From Candidatus Woesearchaeota archaeon (GTDB lineage Archaea > Nanobdellota > Nanobdellia > Woesearchaeales > SKIA01): a DNA stretch of 64,000 nucleotides. Below are positions 54,145 to 63,821 of the stretch, piece by piece (position 1 is the first letter of the stretch; the number at the start of each line of letters is the position of its first letter). The notes beneath the pieces are model-generated. The model did no database searches and was not told where the DNA came from. It saw only the letters and a program-made list of their open reading frames with translations. The DNA lies in contig JBJKRI010000002.1 of NCBI GenBank assembly GCA_046704725.1, positions 18,285 to 82,284 of the forward strand, written 5' to 3'. A program made the translations under genes and the position numbers.

Positions 54145-54325
54145 CCGCGTCCTTCCTCCATCCCGCAAGATCGGGGAAATCCCCGTAATGCGTCGTTGCA
54201 CGCTTCTTCGGCTCGAAGTAGATGGTGTCTCCCTCCCGCACCCCGAGGCGGTCCACGACGTCCTTAGGGATGCGCACCATGAGCGATCCGCCGATCCTCT
54301 TCACGCGCTGCATGATTTCTCCCAT
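54122..54325 (-). CDS. vapB: AbrB/SpoVT-type antitoxin
   Basis: MGEIMQRVKRIGGSLMVRIPKDVVDRLGVREGDTIYF. Confidence 0.6.
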   Translation of the reverse strand: MGEIMQRVKRIGGSLMVRIPKDVVDRLGVREGDTIYFEPKKRATTHYGDFPDLAGWRKDADAQSKYT

Positions 54326-54408
54326 GCTGTACGCGAAGAGAAATGGGTTATTATACTTTTCGATATAACTTTTTTCCAGTTCCTGGCTGAAAGCTGGAAC
54401 CCGTCATC

Positions 54409-55620
54409 CTAAGCGGCCTGCTTCGCGAGCCACGAAGCTTCGTCATCGGACAGTTCGAAGTAGTCGATGAGCGCGCTGTGCTTCTCGCGCTTGAGCATGA
54501 CCGCGATGTAGGGCAGTATGTCGTTTCGCGCTTCGCGCACGGACACGTGCGTCCGCTCCGCCACCTTCTTGGCGACGGCGTCCTTTTTCGCTCGCGCCTG
54601 GTTCGCCCGCCAGTACTGCAGCGGTCTTGTCGAGCGTTGGTATTTCGTGAATCCGCTGTAGCGTTCTTTCTTGGCGAGCGCCACCCCTGCGGTCATGTCG
54701 TCGATGACGTAGACGAGGAAACGCCACCACTGCCAGCGGCGGATGCGTCCACGGAAGACGTCCGCCCTGCTCAATGCGTCCATCGCCGCGGCAAGGTCCT
54801 CCGGCTTGGTGTACTCTCGCGGCGTGTTCTCGTCCACCCACAAGAAGACGTCGTCGATGTTCTCGTCCACCGCGTCCACGGCCTCCCTCGCGAGCTTCGG
54901 GTCGCTGCCCTTGAGGATGCGCCGCAATGCCGTGAACATGCTCTCCGCCCGTCTCCTGTCGCCCAGGTCGTCGAGGTCCTGCTTGTCGATGAGCTTGTCC
55001 TCGCCGAGCGTCTGCAGGTCTGTCAACGCGCCGCGAAGATCCCCTCCGGACCGTCTGGCAAGAGCGGTCAACGCCTCCTCCTGGTAGGCGATGCCCTCTT
55101 TCTCGCACACCCGTTTGAGCACGGAGAGCACCGACGCGTAGGGCAGGTTCTTGAGCTCGACCATCTCGACGTACTTGCGCAATGTCGAGAGCTTCTTGCT
55201 CCACGGGTCGTTCGCGGTCAGAAGCACGGGAAATGGCGACTCCCGGATGAGCGCCGCCATCGCCGCCGCGCCGCCGCGGTCTTTCGTCCCGGACAGGCCG
55301 TCGATTTCGTCGAGCAGTATGAGCTTTCCTTTCGAGAACAGTGATTGTTGCTTTGTTGCAGCGCCGACGCGCTGCTGGATGGCGTCCTTGTTGCGCACGT
55401 CCGACGCGTTGACCTCGACGATCTCCAGGTCGAGCTCTCCGGCGACGGCGTAGGCCAGGCTGGTCTTTCCCGTGCCGGCCGCCCCGTACAAGAGCAGCCC
55501 TTTCTTCTTCTGCGAGCCGTGGTTTCGCACGAACGCCAAGGTCTTCTCGACCGCCGTATCGTGTCCCTGGATCTCCTTGGTGCTCTTGGGGCGGTACTTC
55601 TCGGCGAACGGCTTCTCCAT
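54409..55620 (-). CDS. rfcL: replication factor C large subunit
   Basis: MEKPFAEKYRPKSTKEIQGHD...LLYGAAGTGKTSLAYAVAGE...LILLDEIDGL... matches the RFC large subunit family. Confidence 0.85.
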   Translation of the reverse strand: MEKPFAEKYRPKSTKEIQGHDTAVEKTLAFVRNHGSQKKKGLLLYGAAGTGKTSLAYAVAGELDLEIVEVNASDVRNKDAIQQRVGAATKQQSLFSKGKLILLDEIDGLSGTKDRGGAAAMAALIRESPFPVLLTANDPWSKKLSTLRKYVEMVELKNLPYASVLSVLKRVCEKEGIAYQEEALTALARRSGGDLRGALTDLQTLGEDKLIDKQDLDDLGDRRRAESMFTALRRILKGSDPKLAREAVDAVDENIDDVFLWVDENTPREYTKPEDLAAAMDALSRADVFRGRIRRWQWWRFLVYVIDDMTAGVALAKKERYSGFTKYQRSTRPLQYWRANQARAKKDAVAKKVAERTHVSVREARNDILPYIAVMLKREKHSALIDYFELSDDEASWLAKQAA

Positions 55621-55694
55621 GCTCGTGTGACGGCACCGCCCTTTATGGTCTTTTCCCTCGTGTCTGGTCGTGACAAATCCTTTTAAGGGGTGGT

Positions 55695-55940
55695 GTGCGA
55701 GCGGAGCGTATGGGAAGAGTGGAGCTCGAGTGCGATGACGGCATCTCCATCGAGATGTCGATCCCCGACAGGGTCGGCTATGACGAGTTCGTCTCGCACG
55801 TCGAGCGGCTCGAGAACCTCATCCGTCGCCACGAGGCGCCGGTCGCCGAGGCGAAAGAGCTCGAGCAACGGTTGACCGCGCTTGAGGAGCACGCCCAGCG
55901 TGTCATCGAGGTCCTCGACCAGATGACCCGCCAGTCCTAG
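55695..55940 (+). CDS. hypothetical small protein
   Basis: 81 aa, acidic, with a TTTTAAGG box upstream. Confidence 0.3.
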   Translation: MRAERMGRVELECDDGISIEMSIPDRVGYDEFVSHVERLENLIRRHEAPVAEAKELEQRLTALEEHAQRVIEVLDQMTRQS

Positions 55941-56392
55941 AGCGCGAGGCTCAGGACGTACAAGATGATGCCGATGGGCACGAGTATCCAGTACTCGCGC
56001 GGCGCGATCCCCCACCATTCCGTGTGCCAGGGGATGCGCTCTTTCTTGAACCGCTTGATCCCGTAGGCTGGATTGAGGACGAACCACAAGAAGTCCTCCA
56101 CCGTCCAGAGCAGGAGCACGAAGGCGATGATGCGCAGCTCGAGCGTGACGCTGAACGCCTCTCCCAGGAGGAACGGGACGTTGAGCAATGTCAGCAAGAG
56201 CAGGTTCAGGAAGAAGTGGTATCCTGTGAGGGCCTTCCCGTTGTTGAATATGCGCGTCCAGCGGTTCTCCACGCGCCAGGTCGGCAGCTCCGCGGCCCAT
56301 CCCGACCTCCCCTCGATCTGTATCTCGAGCAGGGCGAGCACGGTCGCGGCCACGAGCACCGCGACGACGAACAGGACGATCGCGAGTATCAC
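55937..56392 (-). CDS. hypothetical polytopic membrane protein
   Basis: 151 aa with 4 predicted transmembrane segments. Confidence 0.4.
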   Translation of the reverse strand: MILAIVLFVVAVLVAATVLALLEIQIEGRSGWAAELPTWRVENRWTRIFNNGKALTGYHFFLNLLLLTLLNVPFLLGEAFSVTLELRIIAFVLLLWTVEDFLWFVLNPAYGIKRFKKERIPWHTEWWGIAPREYWILVPIGIILYVLSLAL

Positions 56393-56444
56393 AGTGCTTC
56401 CACCGCGCGAGCCTTTTTATATGAATCTGTCGTCACGCCCGATT

Positions 56445-58847
56445 ATGGAGCTGCCCAAGCGCTACGACGCCCAAGAGGAGGAGCCGAAGCTCCAGGCCCT
56501 CTGGCGCAAGGAGAGGCTGTTCGCCTTCGACGAGAAGAGCGACAGGCCCGTCTTCTCCATCGACACGCCGCCGCCGTACGCGAGCGCCGATCACCTGCAC
56601 GTGGGCCATGGCATGCACTACAGCCAGTTCGAGTTCGTCGCGCGCTACAAGCGCATGCGCGGTTTCAACGTCTTCTTCCCCATGGGCTTCGATGACAACG
56701 GCCTGCCCACCGAGCGCTACGTCGAGAGAAAGCACAAGGTGGACAAGCGCAGCATCAACCGCGCGGATTTCATCAAGCTCTGCTTGGAGGAGACGCGCAA
56801 GACGGGCAAGACCTATGAGGAGCTCTTCGACAGCCTCGGTTTCTCCATCGACTGGAGCCTGCTCTACCAGACCATCGACAAGCGCAGCCAGCGCGTCAGC
56901 CAGGCCTCGTTCATCGAGCTCCACAAGAAGGGGCACTTGCGCCACGAGGACCTGCCCACCACCTGGTGCGTGAAGTGCCAGACCACGATTGCGCAGGCCG
57001 ACCTCGAGAACGTCGAGCGCAAGAGCACGTTCAACGACGTCGCTTTTTCAGTGGATGGGAAAGAAGCGATCATCAGTACGACGCGTCCTGAATTGATACC
57101 TGCGTGCGTCGCTTTGGCAGCGCACCCTGATGACAAGCGCTACAGCAAGCTCAAGGGCAAGCGCGCGAAGGTCCCGCTCATGGATTACGACGCGCCCCTC
57201 ATCTTCGACGAATCCGTCGATATGGAGAAAGGTACCGGGCTCATGATGGTCTGCACCTTCGGCGACAAGGAGGACATCGAGAAATGGCATGTCCACGACC
57301 TCGACCTGCGCATCATCTTCACGGAGGACGGCAGGCTCAATGAGCTCGCAGGACCGTACAAGGGCCTGCGTATCAAGGAGGCGCGCGAGAGGATCATCGC
57401 GGACCTGGAGCAGAAGGGCTTCCTCAAGGGCAGTCGTCCCATCGTGCACGCCGTGAACGTGCACGAGCGCTGTGGCACCGAGATAGAGTTCCTCAAGAAA
57501 AAGCAGTGGAGCGTCGTCGTGCTCGACAACAAGGATGCGCTCATCAATGCTGGCCGCGCGATCGACTGGCATCCCGCGCACATGCGCGTGCGCTACGAGC
57601 ACTGGGTCAAGAATCTCCAGTGGGATTGGGTCATCAGCCGCCAGCGCTACTACGGCGTCCCCTTCCCCGTCTGGTACTGCAAGAAGTGCGGTGCTGTCAA
57701 GCTCCCTGCGATAGACGACCTGCCGGTCGACCCGCGCGACGGGATGCCCAAGACCCCGTGCGAGTGCGGTTCGGATTCCTTCGAGCCGGAGATGGACGTC
57801 ATGGACACGTGGATGACGAGTTCGGTGAGCCCGCAGATCAACGCGCACTGGACCTTGCCCGACGAGCGCAAGGGATTCCTGCCCATGTCGCTTCGCCCGC
57901 AGGCGCACGATATCATCCGGACTTGGGCGTTCTACACGATCGTCAAGAGCCATTACCTCACAGGCCAAAAGCCGTGGAACGATGTCATGATCAGCGGTCA
58001 CGGCCAGGACCCGCACGGCCAGAAGATGTCCAAGAGCAAGGGCAACTTCGTCGTCGCCCAGGACGTGATCAAGAAGTATTCCGCGGACGCCTTCCGCTTC
58101 TGGGCGGCCTCCACCAAGCTCGGCGAGGACCTGCCCTACCAGGAGAAGGATATCGTGACCGGCCAGAAGACCGTCACCAAGCTCTGGAACGCCGCGCGCT
58201 TCTCGCTCATGCACCTCGCGTCGTATGACGGCAATGTCCCCGAGGCGGAGCTCGAGCTCTTCGACAAGTGGATCCTCACCAAGTTCGCCAAGCTCGTGGA
58301 GGACGCGACCGAATCCTTCGACCGCTATGAGTACAGCCGCACCAAGTCGGAGACCGAGAACTTCTTCTGGAACGTCTTCACCGCCGATTACCTCGAGCTC
58401 ATCAAGGACAGGCTGTATAACCCCTCCGAGCGCGGGCCCGAAGCGCACCTGTCCGCGCAGTTCGCGCTCTACGAGGTATTGCTGGGTATATTGAAGCTCT
58501 TCGCGCCGATCATGCCGCACGTCACCGACCACATCTACCGTCTGGGTTTTTCCGAGCGCGACGGCCACAAGAGCATCCATGTCACCGATTGGCCCGAGGT
58601 GCGCGAGGAGTTCCTCGACGCCGAGGCCCATCAGGCCGGCGACATCCTCGTCGGCTTCCTGTCCGAGGTGCGCAAGTACAAGTCCGAGAACCAGTTGTCC
58701 ATGCGCGCGGAGATAGATCATGCCACCATCGTGCTCCCCAAGCATTTGCGCGAGCGCGCCGAGGCCGGCCTCCGTGATTTCCAGGCGACCGCCCGCATCA
58801 CGGACATCTCCTTCGAGGAGGGCGAGCCAGCCATCCGCATCGGCTGA
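56445..58847 (+). CDS. valS: class Ia aminoacyl-tRNA synthetase, most likely valine--tRNA ligase
   Basis: HLHVGHGMHY (HIGH), TTRPELIP (ValRS-like TTRPE), DVMDTWMTSS, KMSKSKGNFV (KMSKS). About 800 aa. TTTTTATAT box overlaps the upstream ATG of the track ORF, so the start was set at MELPK. Confidence 0.75.
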   Translation: MELPKRYDAQEEEPKLQALWRKERLFAFDEKSDRPVFSIDTPPPYASADHLHVGHGMHYSQFEFVARYKRMRGFNVFFPMGFDDNGLPTERYVERKHKVDKRSINRADFIKLCLEETRKTGKTYEELFDSLGFSIDWSLLYQTIDKRSQRVSQASFIELHKKGHLRHEDLPTTWCVKCQTTIAQADLENVERKSTFNDVAFSVDGKEAIISTTRPELIPACVALAAHPDDKRYSKLKGKRAKVPLMDYDAPLIFDESVDMEKGTGLMMVCTFGDKEDIEKWHVHDLDLRIIFTEDGRLNELAGPYKGLRIKEARERIIADLEQKGFLKGSRPIVHAVNVHERCGTEIEFLKKKQWSVVVLDNKDALINAGRAIDWHPAHMRVRYEHWVKNLQWDWVISRQRYYGVPFPVWYCKKCGAVKLPAIDDLPVDPRDGMPKTPCECGSDSFEPEMDVMDTWMTSSVSPQINAHWTLPDERKGFLPMSLRPQAHDIIRTWAFYTIVKSHYLTGQKPWNDVMISGHGQDPHGQKMSKSKGNFVVAQDVIKKYSADAFRFWAASTKLGEDLPYQEKDIVTGQKTVTKLWNAARFSLMHLASYDGNVPEAELELFDKWILTKFAKLVEDATESFDRYEYSRTKSETENFFWNVFTADYLELIKDRLYNPSERGPEAHLSAQFALYEVLLGILKLFAPIMPHVTDHIYRLGFSERDGHKSIHVTDWPEVREEFLDAEAHQAGDILVGFLSEVRKYKSENQLSMRAEIDHATIVLPKHLRERAEAGLRDFQATARITDISFEEGEPAIRIG

Positions 58848-59075
58848 AACCAAAAAGTATTTCTGTGATCGTCTCTAGCCGAAGGGCATGGTTGCGCAGG
58901 GGCCTTTTCAGCTTGGGAATGCGCGCGTGTCGGCGCGGCTCGATTGCCGGACGACAGCACGCATCGATGCGCGTACCGTACGGCCGCTCGCCCATGCACC
59001 GGGGATTGATGAGGAGTATCTTCCTGACGTGCCCGAAGGTGATTCTGTGTACGCACGGATGATGCGCGATCCGCC

Positions 59076-59878
59076 CTATCGGCGCGCATAGATGCGTTGC
59101 GCGATTCGCGCGAGCGCGTCCGTGTCTTCGCTGCCAAAGAAATGGATCTCCCCGTTCCCGAGCACGTCCGCCTCGATATCGCCGAAACGTTCTGTCCGCA
59201 TTCGCATCGGATGCTCCCGGACCGGTTTCGCCGAGAGGCAGCTCGCCTGCACGCACCAGGTGATATAGTATTCCTCGGTCGGGATGTCCGCCCGTGTCTC
59301 GCAGACGGGGCACGAGCGCTCGTTGCGTATCTCTTGCTCGCCGTCCGCGGTGATAAGGAAAAGTGAATGGGGGGTGCTATCATCGAGCGCCATCTTCGTG
59401 AGCAGCGCTTGCCGCTGCGCGATGCGGTCCGCCAGTGCCGGGTCGATGTCGCGTCCGCGGCAATCCTCCACCGGCACCTTGCCGCCGTACACGCATTCCA
59501 GGCAGGGCTTTCCCGTGAAGGCGGCCGCGACGCCGTGCTGTTTTCCCGCGGCCGCGTGCACCAATGGCACGCCGTTGCGCAGGCACCATCTGTTGAGCAG
59601 GATGCGCGTGAGCATGTTGTCCGTGCAATCACAGACCGCCTCCGCTTCCGAGAGCAGGTCGAGGTTGGTACGGTCCAAGAAGGTGGCGATCGCTTTCTTT
59701 TCGAGCCGCTTTCCCAACGCATCCGCTTTCGTCGCTCCCAGCTCCTCTTCCGTGAACGCTTGTGTGGAGAGGTTTTCCTCGGAGACGATATCGTGGTCCA
59801 CGAGCAGCAGTTCGTGCTCCGACAAGAGTGTGGCCAGGCGCGAGCCGAGCGTGCCGCAGCCGACGATAGCGATCATGG
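59076..59878 (-). CDS. ThiF/MoeB/UbaA-type E1-like enzyme with CxxC...CxxC zinc site
   Basis: MIAIVGCGTLGS (GxGxxG Rossmann), CLEC and CPVC. The upstream part of track ORF 59076..60455 is Arg-rich junk overlapping flpA. Confidence 0.7.
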
Positions 59879-59911
59879 TGCGGTGAAACTTTCGGTGCTT
59901 AACTGTATTTC

Positions 59912-60962
59912 CTACCAGTCGAAGTAGGGGTTGAGGTGGATGACGAAGAGTCGGTGCTGCTTCTGGTACGGCTCCAGGCTCAATTCCTGCACCACTGTCG
60001 CGCCGCCCTCCTCGAGGCGGTGGCGCGCCTCGGCGAAGACCGCTGCCGGCTCTGCCGTGCTGTTCACTGCGGCCGCCTTCAATGAGAGGATGCCCACGCC
60101 CTGCCGTGACAGGAAGCGGTCGCAGTTCGCTAGGAAGATGCCGACCTGGTCCCGCTGCGCGATATCCTGGAAGACGACGTCCACTTTTTCCTGCATGTAG
60201 TGTGCGTAGCTGTCCGGGTACGCTGCGTCGCCGAGGATCGGCAGTACGTGCGGCATGTCTTCCGCCAACGGCAGGAAGTGCCGCATCATCTCCGGGCTCT
60301 TCTCGACGGTGATGAGCTCGACGGGTTTCTCCGCGATGTGCGAGACGGTGTATCCGTGCGACGCGCCGATGTAGAGCACGCGCCGTACAGAGAAGTAGCT
60401 CTCCGGCAGCCCGTTCTCGATGGCCGCGCGGATCTTGCTGCGGTACGGGTCCCATGGGAGCGTGCGCGGGTCGGTCCCGTGCAATGAATGCAGTTCTTTC
60501 TTCGCCCAGTTCACGCGGGGCTTTGCCGGTTTCTTCGCGATGCGTTTCTTCGTGGTCTTCTTCGTCGCTTGTTTCGCCGTGGGCTTCTTGGCCTTCTTCA
60601 CGGTCTTCTTCGCTGTCTTTTTCACGCTTTTTTTGGTCTTTTTCTTGGCCGCGCTCTTTTTCGTCGCTTTCTTTGCCGCTCGTTTCTTGGTGCTCTTCGC
60701 GACGCGTTTCGTCGTTCTCTTGGCGGTCTTCTTGGATGGGCGAGCGGTCTTGCGCGTTCTCTTTGCCGTGGGCTTCTTGGCCTTCTTCACGGTCTTCTTC
60801 GCTGTCTTTTTCACGCTTTTTTTGGTCTTTTTCTTGGCCGCGCTCTTTTTCGTCGCTTTCTTCGTTGATCGCTTGGCGGTCTTCCTTGTCGCGCGCTTCT
60901 TCGTCGTTTTCTTCGAGGGCGTGCCCGTTACCTTGTGGATAAGCGATCGAAGACTACTGGGC
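59912..60962 (-). CDS. flpA: fibrillarin-like rRNA/tRNA 2'-O-methyltransferase with about 130-aa lysine-rich N-terminal extension
   Basis: C-terminal about 220 aa matches fibrillarin (...VLYIGASHGYTVSHIAE...GVGILSLKA...). N-terminal extension is K/T/A-rich (KKTTKKRATRKTAKRSTKKATKK...). Start set at an internal Met that overlaps the nop5 stop. Confidence 0.8.
60571..60880. repeat. tandem duplication (about 110-bp unit, two copies about 200 bp apart) inside the flpA lysine-rich extension
   Basis: ...gtgggcttcttggccttcttcacggtcttcttcgctgtctttttcacgctttttttggtctttttcttggccgcgctctttttcgtcgctttctt... occurs twice, near-identical. Confidence 0.7.
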
Positions 60963-61565
60963 ATAGAGCACCTCCTGCCGCAACGACTCTCCCTTGAACT
61001 GTCCCTTGAACACGTCCAGGCGCGCCGCCAATACCGCTCTGCTCGCGAGCACGCGGAGCGCCCGTTCGTTCGTCGCGAGTTCGTGCCGTTCGAGCAGGCT
61101 CTTCCGCTGCGGTCCGCCGAAGGTTCCTGATTCGTTGCCAAGGCGCATCGCGTCGCGCTGCGTGAGCTTGCTCAGTGCGGTCATGCTGCCTGCCGCTTCG
61201 ATGAAGGCGGCCATGGTCTCCGCTCCGAGCAGCGCGTGCAGGTTCTTTCCAGCGTGCTGCGCGAGCTTGTCGAGCTTGGGCGTGCGTCCCTTGCACACCT
61301 GCTTGAGCGCTTTCCATCCCGAGTCGTCCATATCGGCTCCGATGCCGTTCGCCTGCCAGGCTTCGCGGCCGTCCTTGGCGATCGCGTCGCGCGCTTCTGC
61401 GGGCTCCATGTCGGGCAAGACGGCGAACAGCCAGTGCTCGAGGGCCCCTTCGCGTCCTTCGACGCAGCGATACGCATGGACGAGTACGGAATCGGGGGTG
61501 AGGGGTTCTCGGAGCTTGCTGCGCACCTCTTCGATGGCCTGCTGCCTCCACCCCGCAAAATCCAT
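60954..61565 (-). CDS. nop5: Nop5/Nop56-like (Nop domain) protein, short form
   Basis: Position immediately upstream of and overlapping flpA is the conserved archaeal nop5-flpA arrangement. ...AAFIEAAGSMTALSKLTQRDAMRLG... resembles the Nop domain. Only 203 aa. Confidence 0.55.
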   Translation of the reverse strand: MDFAGWRQQAIEEVRSKLREPLTPDSVLVHAYRCVEGREGALEHWLFAVLPDMEPAEARDAIAKDGREAWQANGIGADMDDSGWKALKQVCKGRTPKLDKLAQHAGKNLHALLGAETMAAFIEAAGSMTALSKLTQRDAMRLGNESGTFGGPQRKSLLERHELATNERALRVLASRAVLAARLDVFKGQFKGESLRQEVLYAQ

Positions 61566-61646
61566 GCTTTCGGGGAACGGCCAGTCCCTTATAAGCGTTC
61601 ATGTGCTGCGCCCAAGATTTAAAAGCCGAACGCCGTTCTGGGCGGT

Positions 61647-62759
61647 ATGAAGGACGCCCCGAGGATCACCGCGAAGCAGCGCTTCCATCTCAAGCAGTTC
61701 ATCAAGGAGCTGGAGCAGTATCGCGGCCGGGGGACAGAACTCGTCACTGTCTACGTGCCTGCAGGCTATGAGATGGCCAAGATCATCCAGCACCTCGCGC
61801 AGGAGCAAGGGACCGCGACGAACATCAAGAGCACGACCACGAGAAAGAACGTCATCGACGCTTTGGAGCGCATGATACAGCACCTCAAGCTCTTCGAGCG
61901 CACCCCCAAGAACGGTCTTGTCGCGTTCTCGGGCAACGTGGCCGAGCGCGAGGGGCAGTCCGACGTCAAGGTGTGGAGCGTCGAGCCGCCCGTGCCGCTC
62001 AACCAGCGCTTGTATCGCTGCGACAAGGAGTTCATCCTCAACGCCTTGCGCGACATGGCCGAGGACAAGAACATCTACGGCATGATCGTGCTCGACAAGC
62101 GCGAGGCGAACATCGCCATGCTCAAGGGAAAGACCATCATCCCGCTTGCCAGCGCGACCAGCGCTGTCCCCGGAAAGCACAAGAGCGGAGGGCAGAGCGC
62201 AGCCCGTTTCGAGCGCTTGCGCGACGGCGCCGCCAAGGATTTCTATCGTCGAGTCGCGGAGTACACTAAGGACCAGTTCTTGGGCAACAAGGACCTCAAG
62301 GGCATCCTCGTCGGCGGTCCCGGTCGCTCCAAGGACGAGTTCCTCGACGAGGGACAGCTCACCCAGGAGCTCAAGGACAAGGTCATCGCGGTCAAGGACC
62401 TCTCCTACACCGACGAGTTCGGCCTGCAGGAGCTCTTGGAGAAGTGCGAGGACGTCCTCGCCGCCGAGGACGTCATGGAGGAAAAAAAGCTCATGCAACG
62501 GTTCTTCCGCGAACTGTCGAAGAGCACCGGTCTTGCGGGCTACGGCAAGGATGAGGTCATGCGTCTCACCGAGATGGGTGCTGTCGAGATATTGCTCTTG
62601 TCGGAGACCCTTGACGACTCGACGATCAATATGTTCGAGACGGCCGCCGACCAGGTCGGCACGGACACGCAGGTCATCAGCATGGAGACGCGTGAGGGCG
62701 CCCAGCTCAAGGAGATGGGGCAGGTGGCCGCCATCCTGCGCTATCCCGTTGAATTGTAG
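61647..62759 (+). CDS. prf1: peptide chain release factor aRF1
   Basis: NIKS motif (TATNIKSTTT) and GGQ motif (KHKSGGQSAARF); 370 aa; TTTAAAA box at -27. Confidence 0.9.
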   Translation: MKDAPRITAKQRFHLKQFIKELEQYRGRGTELVTVYVPAGYEMAKIIQHLAQEQGTATNIKSTTTRKNVIDALERMIQHLKLFERTPKNGLVAFSGNVAEREGQSDVKVWSVEPPVPLNQRLYRCDKEFILNALRDMAEDKNIYGMIVLDKREANIAMLKGKTIIPLASATSAVPGKHKSGGQSAARFERLRDGAAKDFYRRVAEYTKDQFLGNKDLKGILVGGPGRSKDEFLDEGQLTQELKDKVIAVKDLSYTDEFGLQELLEKCEDVLAAEDVMEEKKLMQRFFRELSKSTGLAGYGKDEVMRLTEMGAVEILLLSETLDDSTINMFETAADQVGTDTQVISMETREGAQLKEMGQVAAILRYPVEL

Positions 62760-62815
62760 TTACCACTAACCTATAGATACATATATCCTTAAGCTTTTCC
62801 CATAGGATATCCCGA

Positions 62816-63106
62816 ATGGGAGGGTTGAAAATGCAGAAGAAACACGTACCTCTGGTCGCCATCGTGGGCGCCGCCTCCATCGCCGCGCTCTCGCTGCGCG
62901 CGCAAAGCGCAATCGCTGAACGCGGATATCACAGACAGCTCGACCTGGCCGCTTCGGAGGGGTTCGATGTCAAAGCTTTCGACGAACGCGCAGACGTCGC
63001 CCCTGAAACCATCGTCCCTGTCGATTCCTATCTGGTGCATCTCTTGCAGCAGGTGCCTTCGGACAACTGGTTCCAGATGCACGGCGGAGCCGAGCCCTAC
63101 CAGTAA
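62816..63106 (+). CDS. hypothetical small secreted protein
   Basis: N-terminal hydrophobic signal-like segment; 96 aa. Confidence 0.3.
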   Translation: MGGLKMQKKHVPLVAIVGAASIAALSLRAQSAIAERGYHRQLDLAASEGFDVKAFDERADVAPETIVPVDSYLVHLLQQVPSDNWFQMHGGAEPYQ

Positions 63107-63137
63107 CCATAAGAACACTGGTAGAGTGCACCGGGCG

Positions 63138-63821
63138 ATGGAGTGGTTGCAAGAAGCGCACGAAGAGCTCACCGAGCGTCCCGTGCCCGAACTCTCGCTG
63201 CGCTATTCCGGGCGCTTCAAGGGTTTCAACGCGAACGTGAAGTACTCGCGCCGCCACATGGAGTTCCGCCTCTCCAAGGATTGGCAAGAAGTCGACACGG
63301 AGATTCAGAAAGGCTTGGTGCAGCATCTGTTGTGCCGCGTCTACGGCCTCAAGACATCCACGATGGCGATCGAGATGTACGAGGAGTTCTTGCGCCAGGC
63401 CAGCGAGTACGCCCCGAAGGGCGAATCCGACGCGTACCTGGTCGAGCGTTTCTGGGTGCTCAACGAGGAGTACTTCTCGGGCATGCTCGCCGAGCCGACC
63501 ATCGAGTGGGGCCAGTTCTCAACGACCAAGCTGGGCAGCTACGAGTACGCGACCGACACCATCCGCATCAGCCGCGCCATGGCCGACGAGCAGGATATGC
63601 TCGACTACGTCCTCTATCACGAGATGCTGCACAAGAAGCATAAGTTCACCTGTAGCGACGGCCGCACCCATCACCACACCAAGACCTTCAAGCAGGACGA
63701 AGCGAGGTTCCGCGTCCCGGACGCGGAAAAACGCCTGCAGCGCTATGTGGCGCGTCAGCGACGCAAGAAACGCGCAACAACGCCTCGTAGCCAGCAGAAG
63801 CGTTCCTGGTGGCCCTGGTAA
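63138..63821 (+). CDS. DUF45/YgjP-like zinc metallopeptidase (HExxH)
   Basis: ...LDYVLYHEMLHKKHKF... HEMLH motif with a conserved preceding region. Start at an internal Met. Confidence 0.6.
   Translation: MEWLQEAHEELTERPVPELSLRYSGRFKGFNANVKYSRRHMEFRLSKDWQEVDTEIQKGLVQHLLCRVYGLKTSTMAIEMYEEFLRQASEYAPKGESDAYLVERFWVLNEEYFSGMLAEPTIEWGQFSTTKLGSYEYATDTIRISRAMADEQDMLDYVLYHEMLHKKHKFTCSDGRTHHHTKTFKQDEARFRVPDAEKRLQRYVARQRRKKRATTPRSQQKRSWWPW

Noticed and set aside
59878-60455. Upstream extension of the ThiF-like ORF
   Set aside because: Arg/Gly-rich and overlaps flpA; the Rossmann GxGxxG motif begins at the internal Met.
60962-61141. Upstream extension of flpA (MATNQEPSADRSGRACS...)
   Set aside because: Arg-rich and overlaps nop5 on the same strand in another frame. 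The internal Met gives the conserved nop5-flpA overlap.
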